From positions 1 through 30,552 of IMG/VR virus record IMGVR_UViG_3300030330_003398: a stretch of DNA of 30,552 bases; one strand, 5' to 3'. The notes below the pieces were generated by a model, which saw only the letters and a list, made by a program, of their open reading frames with translations, ran no database searches and was not told the origin of the DNA. Made by a program: the position numbers and the translations under genes. Numbering within the stretch: position 1 is the first letter of the stretch; each line of letters starts with the position of its first letter. This DNA comes from a virus (lineage: Duplodnaviria > Caudoviricetes). This document shows positions 1 through 8,288 of the stretch, piece by piece.

Positions 1-3000
1 TTTAAATTGATTACCAGTACCAGTCATTTCTTGAGTTAGACCATATTCTGTAACTAAATCAAATTCTAATTCGTAATTAGTATCATTTAAATCTGTAGGA
101 TATAATGTTATTTTATAGTTGTTACCATCTACATCAAAATTAGTAGTCATATAACCAATATTATCTTCCTTCCAATTTAAATCTTGCTTAGTTGATAAAG
201 TACCTTTACTAAACTTAACTTTAGCTTGTTGTATTTTTGATTTTACATCAACTTGATCTAACATGTTTTTAACAGCTTGTACATTTTGTATTGCATCATC
301 AGCAAAATAAAAGTCGTTATAACCTTGCTCAGCTTTATCTAAAACCCAAAGCGCTTTTGCTTCTGAAGTACTATTACCAAGACCTGTTATATTATTTATA
401 GGTATATTTAAACCATTTTCTTTTAAAAATTTTTGTATTGCAACAGCAGACTCAGCAGGTCTAGCTGTTAATATAAACATATCTTTAGTACCAAACTTGC
501 TAGCAAGTTTTTTAGCTTTGTTTAAAAGTGGTGCTGGCTTACCATCTATAACCTTGTTAAACTCTGAAAAATCAAATTTATACCCTTTACCTAATAAATC
601 TTCATATGTAGCAGCATATTGCTCTGCGTTTAGTTTACCTTGTGTACCATCAGGTCTAGTAAAACGTATCATAGATTTAGTAGTAGCTAGCGTGTCATCA
701 AAATCTAATATAGTTATACCCTTTGTTTTTTTAGTAGTAGAATAAGCTGATTGTATGACGTTATCAATAACTTGATTACTTTGTTTTCTTGCTTTTTGTT
801 CTAACTCAGGTGTTAACGTTATATTTTTATCATTTATTAAATCTTGTATTATGTTATCATATCTTTGAAAACCACCTTTGGTTTTTGGTAACTTATTTTC
901 TATATAATTAGGTAAAACATGTACAAAAGACTTTTCAAACAAAGCTTCTACATCCGATAAATCTTTAATATCGTTAATATAATCTATTAAAGTATTTACA
1001 GTTTTATTAACACTAACTTCATGCTCTAGTGTTAAATCTTTGTTTTTTAAAGTAGAGTTTTCTTTTAATGTTATACCCATTTTAGATGCTTTTCTAATAG
1101 CACCTCTTTGATCATAAGCTATAAGATGAATCATAGCTATTTTTTCGCCTTTAGTTAAATTAGGGTTTTGTATTAAATCAAGTATAAAACTTCTTGCTTC
1201 ATCTGCTTGTTTGTTTACTTTTTTAACTAATTCTTTATTATTACGAGCGTTTGCTTTTATATTTTCTACATCTTCATATAGCTCTATTATATTGCCGTTT
1301 TTATCAGCTATCGCTTGACCTAATTTAACATTTACTAGTTTAAATTCATCTTCAAATTTACCTTTACCTGTTTTAGGGTCTATTTGTATTTTATCTAAAA
1401 CTTCAGTTTTTAAAACTTCGTTACTAAAACCACCCATAACACCACTAGCAGATCTACTAGATCTAAAAACATTTTTTATAAAAGTTTTTACAGTATTTAA
1501 ATCGGCATTATCTAACAACTTTACAAAAGCTTTATGACCTATATCTCTTATTTCTGGTAAATTAGTTTTCTTTACATCATCAATGATAGCATCAATATCT
1601 AACACGTCTGTAAAAGGTATATCTGATATTCTAGTATCTCTTAAATCTATATTTAAATCAAAAACTTCTCTTAGCTCTGTTAAAATAGTTTCTGTATAGT
1701 TATCATTATCTTTTTTTGCTTGATTTATTTTTTTATCTAAAACAGTTAAAAATTTATTTTTTGCTTGTAAGTTAGTTAACTTTTTAATTTTAATACTATT
1801 ATTTATAGTATTATAATCTTTTGAACTAACACTAAATACAAGATCTTGATCTCTACCTATAGTAGCAGCTAAAGTTTGTAAGTCGTCTTCTGCTAAAGTT
1901 TCACCTCTTAATTCTGCAAAATCTAATCTTTTCTGTGCTACTTCAGGATCTTTAGCAACTTGCATAGTAGCATCCATACTTAAAGCTCCTGATAAATATT
2001 TTGATAAACCATCTTTTCTAGTACCTTTTAAACCAGATCTAGCACCAGTAACAGGATTAATAGCAGGTTGATCAAAAAACGCTATAAACTGATCTTCACT
2101 TGGCATAACTTTTTTATAAAGATTTACTGCTTGACCTTTTTTTATTCTGTTTATATCTGAAGGTGGCAATAAGTTTTGATTAACAGCAGATTCTACTTCT
2201 TCAATACTAGTTAATTGTTTTACAAACTTAGTAAATACTCTTTTGTCGTTTGAAACTTCTCTTTCTAATTGCACTAAATCAGATGTAAATAAAGCTTCTA
2301 TTATTGGTTCTCTAAATTTTCTTAAATTAGATATATATTGTTTTGTACCTAAAAAGTTTTTAATATCTTTAAATATATAAGTATTAGCTTCGTTTCTAAG
2401 TTGTATTTGTATTTTTCTAACAGGTTTACCTGTTTCATAAGCTCTAATTAAAGCTTTTTTAGATGTATCTAAAACTCTATTATAAAGTTCACTACCAGTT
2501 TCAATACCAATAGCTCTTCTTAATTTAGAATATTTAGGTTGATTTTGTTTATTTTTTTCAGCACGTTTTTTAGCTCTGCCAATAAATGATAAATCTTCTT
2601 CTTCAAACTGCTGCATAGCTATATCTGTTTCTGCTGCAACTTGTACTTTTACTTCACCTTCTTTTGTTCTATCATCAACATCTCTAGCTGTTTTTTCTTG
2701 CTCTTTTTTTGCATATATTTTTTTATAAATATCACCTGCTCTAAAATTTATTCTAGGGCCTAAATAACCACCAAAATCATTGTTTTGTTCAGGATTAAAA
2801 CCTCTTATATCTGGTATTAATTGATTAAATACGTCATTTATAAATCCCTCTGGTACTGGTCTAACTTTGTATTTAGAAGCTATTAAGTTATCTATAGTAC
2901 CATCACGTTTCATCTCATTTATAGCTTGATCAGCACCTTTTTCATTCCAAAGATCTTTACCACCTTTCACGTTATATGTTAAACCTATTTCTGTAACTCT

Positions 3001-5220
3001 TTCTTCAACTTGTTTTATTTCAGCAGGTGACATAGAAAAAGCAATATCTTCTCCTTTTGCTTCACCTTTTGTAGCTTTAATAACACCGCTACTTAAAGCG
3101 CCTTTATGTATACTTTTATTATAATCTTTTAAAAAGTTATACATACCTTGAGCACTATCAAAGTTTACTTTAGCAATACCTATATTAGCAAATAACCTTC
3201 TAAATACATCACGAAGTTGATCAAATATATTATCATTAAAAGTTATATCCCCACTAGCAATAGCATCTGAAGCTATTGTTAATATTTCATCAGGTTCTTT
3301 AGCTAAATATTCATCTGTATAAACATCTCTATTATCATCTATTCTTTGTTGTATAGCCTTATTGTTTTCAACACCTATAAACTTTCTAAAATCGTTTATA
3401 ACGCTTTGTTTTATTTTTTTACCGCTAGCTTTTATTATACCATGTAAAAGTTCATGATTAGCAACGTTAGCGCCTTCTATACCTTTAGTTCTAGCTACTT
3501 TTTTGTTTATTACTATAGTTTTATTTTTATAATCTATAAAACCATTAGATTTAGCAGCTTTATCACCGTACTTATTTTTAATTTGATTAACATCCATAGT
3601 GTCATCAACTTCTAAACCATAAAGTTTACTATGTTTTTTAGCAAAATCCATATTAACTTCAAAGTTTTTATCAGCAATATTATCTCTAACTTGTTCAGCT
3701 GTCTTTTTTCTAGCTCTTACATCTTTTGTTCTACGATCAACACCTGAATATTTATTTATAATATCATCTATTTTTGTTTGTATATCTTGTAGTTTAGTGT
3801 CAGCGTCTAAAACTTTAAATATACCTGTTTTTTTAGTATCAGCCTCTGCTTTTGCTCTTTGTTTTTCTAAGTCAACTAAATCTTTTCTATCTTTTGTATC
3901 ACTAACTCTTTCATCTATTTGAGATTCTAATATAGCATTGTTTATTTTATTATTTACAGTGTTTTCAAAATCAGGATTATTTGTTACTTTTATATTTATT
4001 TTTGACAACTCTTCTGGTGTTGCTGTATCTAAAACTTTATTAACTTGTTTTAAAGTAGCTTTTTCATTATTTATTTCATAAGAACCTTGTGAAATAACAG
4101 CTCCACCTATATCTATGGGTGCTTGTAAACCTAGTTGACCTAATATTTCTAAACCTACATCAGAACTTTTTATTTCTTCACCTATAAGAGCACTACTTAT
4201 AGCTTCACCACCACCTCCAATAGCCGCTTCTCCAACAACAGCTTCAGCAACTGCTCTTCCTTTTTTGCCTTTAGCTAACTGTTTAACTGCCCTATTTTGA
4301 ATTAATTGTCCACCAAAACCATCTATAGCAGCTATAGTAAGACCTTTTACTAAACCTTTATTTCTAATTTTATTAAATCTTTCTTCATCTTGCACAAGAT
4401 CAATTAACTCTTCTTCTGTAGGTATTCTACCATCAAACTCTTCTTTTATTAATTCACCTATTTTACTTGTTGTTTCTACAAAGCCACCTAAAGTACTCAT
4501 AGTACCTCTCAAGCCAGCGGCTATACGAAGCGGTATATTTATTCCACCAAACTTACTAGCACCTGCGCCTGCAGTAATAGAAGCAGCCCTTATTTTAGGA
4601 TCAGCCATAAACGCATTGTACTGCCCAACAGCTGAAGTAATTGCAACTTCTGCACCAACTTGTGGGTTTTCTAATGTTGCTTTAAAAAAACCATATACAG
4701 GATTACTAGATTCATCTATAGTTTTAGTCCATTGCTCTAAACCTTTAGATATACCTTTTCCTTCCTGTAACTGCATTAATTTAATTATATTACTAGCTTT
4801 TTCTTCATCTATGTCAGAGCTAAATACTAAATCAGCTATTTCACCAGTAAATTCTTTTGACTGAGCTTTGTCAGCAGATTCTTTTACAAAATTACCTATA
4901 CTATATGCTACATCATCTATTACTTTACCATAACTATCTGCTTTAAATCTTATCCCTTTTGATCTATCATAATCATAATCAACTTCTTTTAAATAATCAG
5001 GTTCACCTCCAAAATTTGAAGAGCCAAAATACATTCTACCACCATCATCATCAACAACAAACTCTCTACCAAATTCATCTTTTTTTAAATCTGATTTTAG
5101 TTCTTGTTTTTTTGCACTATCAACCTCTACTTTTACAGCATTAGGATATTTAGCTAAAAAATCATTAAGCCTATGAGGAGCTACGTTATATGTTATTCCT
5201 TCAAATGTATATTGTTCCAT
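1..5220 (-). CDS. Large polyvalent virion cargo/ejection protein, 3' end beyond window, at least 1740 aa: hydrophobic N-region, zincin metallopeptidase, sigma-region-2-like segment, HAD phosphatase
   Basis: ATG at 5220 (MEQYTFEGITYNVAPHRLNDFLAKYPNA), 1 nt after the upstream stop. Manual codon-by-codon reading found no stop down to position 1. Motifs: HELLH (3442-3456), FNPEQNNDFGGYL (~2761-2800), DFDDT (691-705), ILTAR (460-474), FADD (~295-306). Not in the ORF track, presumably because no stop lies within the window. Confidence 0.85.
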   Translation of the reverse strand, partial: MEQYTFEGITYNVAPHRLNDFLAKYPNAVKVEVDSAKKQELKSDLKKDEFGREFVVDDDGGRMYFGSSNFGGEPDYLKEVDYDYDRSKGIRFKADSYGKVIDDVAYSIGNFVKESADKAQSKEFTGEIADLVFSSDIDEEKASNIIKLMQLQEGKGISKGLEQWTKTIDESSNPVYGFFKATLENPQVGAEVAITSAVGQYNAFMADPKIRAASITAGAGASKFGGINIPLRIAAGLRGTMSTLGGFVETTSKIGELIKEEFDGRIPTEEELIDLVQDEERFNKIRNKGLVKGLTIAAIDGFGGQLIQNRAVKQLAKGKKGRAVAEAVVGEAAIGGGGEAISSALIGEEIKSSDVGLEILGQLGLQAPIDIGGAVISQGSYEINNEKATLKQVNKVLDTATPEELSKINIKVTNNPDFENTVNNKINNAILESQIDERVSDTKDRKDLVDLEKQRAKAEADTKKTGIFKVLDADTKLQDIQTKIDDIINKYSGVDRRTKDVRARKKTAEQVRDNIADKNFEVNMDFAKKHSKLYGLEVDDTMDVNQIKNKYGDKAAKSNGFIDYKNKTIVINKKVARTKGIEGANVANHELLHGIIKASGKKIKQSVINDFRKFIGVENNKAIQQRIDDNRDVYTDEYLAKEPDEILTIASDAIASGDITFNDNIFDQLRDVFRRLFANIGIAKVNFDSAQGMYNFLKDYNKSIHKGALSSGVIKATKGEAKGEDIAFSMSPAEIKQVEERVTEIGLTYNVKGGKDLWNEKGADQAINEMKRDGTIDNLIASKYKVRPVPEGFINDVFNQLIPDIRGFNPEQNNDFGGYLGPRINFRAGDIYKKIYAKKEQEKTARDVDDRTKEGEVKVQVAAETDIAMQQFEEEDLSFIGRAKKRAEKNKQNQPKYSKLRRAIGIETGSELYNRVLDTSKKALIRAYETGKPVRKIQIQLRNEANTYIFKDIKNFLGTKQYISNLRKFREPIIEALFTSDLVQLEREVSNDKRVFTKFVKQLTSIEEVESAVNQNLLPPSDINRIKKGQAVNLYKKVMPSEDQFIAFFDQPAINPVTGARSGLKGTRKDGLSKYLSGALSMDATMQVAKDPEVAQKRLDFAELRGETLAEDDLQTLAATIGRDQDLVFSVSSKDYNTINNSIKIKKLTNLQAKNKFLTVLDKKINQAKKDNDNYTETILTELREVFDLNIDLRDTRISDIPFTDVLDIDAIIDDVKKTNLPEIRDIGHKAFVKLLDNADLNTVKTFIKNVFRSSRSASGVMGGFSNEVLKTEVLDKIQIDPKTGKGKFEDEFKLVNVKLGQAIADKNGNIIELYEDVENIKANARNNKELVKKVNKQADEARSFILDLIQNPNLTKGEKIAMIHLIAYDQRGAIRKASKMGITLKENSTLKNKDLTLEHEVSVNKTVNTLIDYINDIKDLSDVEALFEKSFVHVLPNYIENKLPKTKGGFQRYDNIIQDLINDKNITLTPELEQKARKQSNQVIDNVIQSAYSTTKKTKGITILDFDDTLATTKSMIRFTRPDGTQGKLNAEQYAATYEDLLGKGYKFDFSEFNKVIDGKPAPLLNKAKKLASKFGTKDMFILTARPAESAVAIQKFLKENGLNIPINNITGLGNSTSEAKALWVLDKAEQGYNDFYFADDAIQNVQAVKNMLDQVDVKSKIQQAKVKFSKGTLSTKQDLNWKEDNIGYMTTNFDVDGNNYKITLYPTDLNDTNYELEFDLVTEYGLTQEMTGTGNQFK
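240..722 (-). other. HAD-superfamily phosphatase domain within the large cargo protein
   Basis: All four HAD motifs in order: I GITILDFDDTL, II MFILTAR, III Lys in SEAKA, IV DFYFADDAIQN. Confidence 0.85.
3120..3560 (-). other. Zincin-like metallopeptidase (MPTase-type) domain within the large cargo protein
   Basis: Beta segment SNGFIDYKNKTIVINKKVA, then VANHELLHGII (HExxH), then a downstream helix with a candidate third ligand Glu (PDEILT, 3286-3288). Confidence 0.8.
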
Positions 5221-5221
5221 A

Positions 5222-6925
5222 TTATTGAGCAAACTCGTTATTTACATTAATTTTGTTTATATGTTCTAATAATGCATCTATACCTTGTTCAGGGTCATTA
5301 GGTTTCCTTAAATTAAAAGTCTTACCATTAACTTTTATTTTTTCTGAAAAAATAGATATTGGCGAAGATATTTTTAAATTTGGAAACATTTCTTTTAATC
5401 TTTCTACAGCTGGCTCTTCTTCAGAGCCTGGGCCAAATAACATTGATATTTTTTCTCTATTTAAATCACTAGGTGGTGGTGTTTGTTTTGATGTATCAAC
5501 AGTTCCACCTAAAGATTTTATTATTTCTTCAGCTGAATATGTTTTCAGTTTAGAATGATCTCTAGAAACATCACTATTTTTAACTATAACATAATCTCCG
5601 TCTGATTGTTTAACAGCACTTTGAAATTGATTCATTGGTATTAAACTTGCTCTTTCATTAAATAAATCTATAATATTTGATCCAAGATTATTATTACTAG
5701 GATTTCTTGATTTATATTTACGACTACCATATTCCCAAGCTGCCGAAGCTTTTGACTCTGCCCAATTTAAAAATATTTCTCTAGTTGCGTCTTCATCCGC
5801 TAAGTTCATTATAGCACCAGACATAAACATATATCCATTTGATAATTCATCTTTACTTAAACCTTTTTTACCATCTTTATCTTCAACTCCTTTTAAAATA
5901 CCTTCACCATCTATTTGTCCGTCTGCAGTAGTGCCTAATGCAGATTTTAAGGCATTAAATATATCAACTGAAAGCATACTTCCATCTTTGCCAGGATTTG
6001 TAAGTTCATCGTAAAAAGAATTTTCTAAACCACCAAAATTAGCTCTTAAAGACTGTTTTAAGCCACTAGACGTTTCTACAAAAGGTACAAATTGTTTTCT
6101 TACTTTATTTTTTTCATAATCTGTATATCCTCCACCAATTTGAGAAGCTGTTTTCTCAACATTGTTTAAAACTTTTGTTAGATCTATTGGTAATTGTGGA
6201 TTTTTTAAAATAATAGATTTTTCTATATCACCAGCTCTTATAACAATAGGTTTACCATCAGCTCCTAAAACTTTTTGACTAGACTTTCTAGGCCCTATTA
6301 CGGGTGCATCTTTAGGCTCTTTATCTATAAGTATACTAGGATCTTTCATTAAAGTGTACATTATTTCTCCTGTTAAAGGATCTTCTGTTGCTGCAAAATA
6401 ATTTCCTTGTTTAGTGTTTTTCTTTTCAGTACCAGTTGCAGCAATAGCATTTAACAACTCCATACCATTTGCACCCATCGCTTGTTCATCTATATTTCCA
6501 GAAGCTAAAGCATTTATAATAAATTTTCTTTCAGCGCCAAACATTTCTACTTGAGCATATAAATCATCTCTTTCTTTATTTATTTTAATCCTTTCTTTTA
6601 AACTGCTAGCTTTGTTTAATCTCTGTTTAATATCTTGTAATTTATCTACATAAAACTCACCATCTTCATCAGACATTGGTATTGCTTCAAGAGCAGCATC
6701 TCTTTTAATATTATATATAGAGTTTTCAACTGCTTCTAAACCAATATCTCCTGTAAGTTTAGCTATTTCTTTCCAACTTTCTGTAACAGACTGCATTGTT
6801 TCACCATATGTTCGTGAAACATCTTCAAATATTGTTTGATAACTTTTTGGAGATGTAGCAAGACCTGCTCTAGTTGCTGCCGTTACTAATGTTGCATCTG
6901 ATTTTCCTGTTAAATTTATTGCCAT
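5222..6925 (-). CDS. Putative internal virion (cargo/ejection) protein, 567 aa
   Basis: Long, apparently helical, charged ORF between a Gln/Ala-rich protein and the giant cargo gene, the usual position of the middle ejection protein in podoviruses. No catalytic motif recognised. Confidence 0.55.
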   Translation of the reverse strand: MAINLTGKSDATLVTAATRAGLATSPKSYQTIFEDVSRTYGETMQSVTESWKEIAKLTGDIGLEAVENSIYNIKRDAALEAIPMSDEDGEFYVDKLQDIKQRLNKASSLKERIKINKERDDLYAQVEMFGAERKFIINALASGNIDEQAMGANGMELLNAIAATGTEKKNTKQGNYFAATEDPLTGEIMYTLMKDPSILIDKEPKDAPVIGPRKSSQKVLGADGKPIVIRAGDIEKSIILKNPQLPIDLTKVLNNVEKTASQIGGGYTDYEKNKVRKQFVPFVETSSGLKQSLRANFGGLENSFYDELTNPGKDGSMLSVDIFNALKSALGTTADGQIDGEGILKGVEDKDGKKGLSKDELSNGYMFMSGAIMNLADEDATREIFLNWAESKASAAWEYGSRKYKSRNPSNNNLGSNIIDLFNERASLIPMNQFQSAVKQSDGDYVIVKNSDVSRDHSKLKTYSAEEIIKSLGGTVDTSKQTPPPSDLNREKISMLFGPGSEEEPAVERLKEMFPNLKISSPISIFSEKIKVNGKTFNLRKPNDPEQGIDALLEHINKINVNNEFAQ

Positions 6926-6950
6926 ATTTTCTTGTTAAATTTTACTATTA

Positions 6951-7814
6951 TCATGGTGTTGGTAAATAAGGCATAGCTAATTGAGCACCTACGCTTAATA
7001 ACGTGCCAAACATCTGAGCTCCTTGAGCCGCTTGTTGTCCATACATGTTTGCTTGCATACCTAATCCAGACATTTGATTTGCCATAGCTTGTTGTTCTGC
7101 TTGATTTGAACCTGCTAATAAACCATATTCCATACCAAGTAATGTACCTTCTCTACCAAACTCAGCAGCTTGTAAAGCAGCTTCACCTTGTCTTTGTAAT
7201 ACATCTGCTTTAAAACCACCTTGAGCAATTAAGTTTTCTCGTGATATACCTAAGGCTTGAGCTCTTTGTGCACCTGCAATTTGCATTTGTTGAACTTGTG
7301 CTTCACCAGCTCTTTCAGCTTGTTGTATTGCCATAGCACCTTGTGCAGATAATCTTTGATTTTGTCTTTCTTGTTGTGCTATATTAGCAGATATTTGTTG
7401 TGCTTGTATAGCGCCTTGGTTTGCTAACGATTGAGCTAAAGCGGCTATACCACTACCACCAGCAGCACCTCGTAAAGCAGACAATATATTTGCTCTTTGT
7501 TGTGCACCTTGTTCTGCTTGAAACTCAGCAGCCCTCATATCTACAGTTAAGTCTTCATAAGGATTTTCTATACCAGCGTATACGTTTCTCGCGCCGGATG
7601 CTAAATTTTCAAAGTTTGTTTGTAACGAAGCGTAAGGATTTTGTACACCTTCAAATGGATTTTGAAAGTCAAAAGCTTCATATTGTTGTCTTTGCTGATC
7701 TACAACTTCTTGTTGAGCTCGTTTTTCTGCTTGAAAATACTCAAACTGCTCTTGAGACATTCTATTCATCTCAGCCATCGTTGCCGCTTGTTGTCTTCTT
7801 GCTCTTTTACCCAT
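6951..7814 (-). CDS. Putative DNA-ejection/internal virion protein, Gln/Ala-rich coiled coil, 287 aa
   Basis: Very Q/A-rich, with a GAAGGSGIAALAQSLANQG segment and a hydrophobic C-terminus (MFGTLLSVGAQLAM). Composition and position are typical of the smallest podovirus ejection protein. Confidence 0.65.
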   Translation of the reverse strand: MGKRARRQQAATMAEMNRMSQEQFEYFQAEKRAQQEVVDQQRQQYEAFDFQNPFEGVQNPYASLQTNFENLASGARNVYAGIENPYEDLTVDMRAAEFQAEQGAQQRANILSALRGAAGGSGIAALAQSLANQGAIQAQQISANIAQQERQNQRLSAQGAMAIQQAERAGEAQVQQMQIAGAQRAQALGISRENLIAQGGFKADVLQRQGEAALQAAEFGREGTLLGMEYGLLAGSNQAEQQAMANQMSGLGMQANMYGQQAAQGAQMFGTLLSVGAQLAMPYLPTP

Positions 7815-7815
7815 A

Positions 7816-8244
7816 TTATTCTTTGTTTATTAAATATTTAAAACCTTCGTATTTTACTGGTATCATAATCCAGTCTAAACTATCGTGTATGTTAGACATG
7901 TGAACGTCGCCACATACTGTAAAAAGTTGCATAACACCGTATTTTTTAGCTTCTTTTTCTACTTTTTGTATTAATAGCTTAATTATATCTCTTCTATCTT
8001 TTTCTTTATATTTTGGATTAGATACTAAATAAGTAGCCCAAGCAACAGTACCAGGCTCTACTAAAAATAAAAAATAACAAGCTATAGGTGTGTTATCTTT
8101 TTCTATAACAAAACATCGTTCATCTTTTGGCAGAAAAGCTCTAGGTACTGGACCTTGACCATTTCTCCACCACCATTCCCACCATTCACAACACATTTCA
8201 TAATCACCTTGTTGAAATGATCTAACATTTATATTATCATGCAT
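7816..8244 (-). CDS. GNAT-fold (acetyltransferase-like) protein, 142 aa
   Basis: GNAT-like pattern: NVRSFQQGDYE start, CFVIEKDNTPIACYFL, WATYLVSNPKYKEKDR, LLIQKVEKEAKKYGVMQLF. Lies between tail and ejection genes. Confidence 0.65.
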   Translation of the reverse strand: MHDNINVRSFQQGDYEMCCEWWEWWWRNGQGPVPRAFLPKDERCFVIEKDNTPIACYFLFLVEPGTVAWATYLVSNPKYKEKDRRDIIKLLIQKVEKEAKKYGVMQLFTVCGDVHMSNIHDSLDWIMIPVKYEGFKYLINKE

Positions 8245-8256
8245 TTAATTTAATTT

Positions 8257-8280
8257 AAGTGTAACTATATAGTCACACTT
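8257..8280. promoter_or_regulatory. 24-bp near-perfect palindrome upstream of the GNAT/cargo genes
   Basis: aagtgtaactat|atagtcacactt, with 11 of 12 arm positions complementary, in the 44-bp intergenic gap. Function is inferred. Confidence 0.5.
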
Positions 8281-8288
8281 TTTACTAT

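Noticed and set aside
688-708. DFDD as the catalytic DxDxD motif of a crAss-type virion RNA polymerase
   Set aside because: The sequence is DFDDT, followed by HAD motifs II-IV at the right spacing. No RNAP motif was seen in the visible part, although the remainder of the gene is outside the window.
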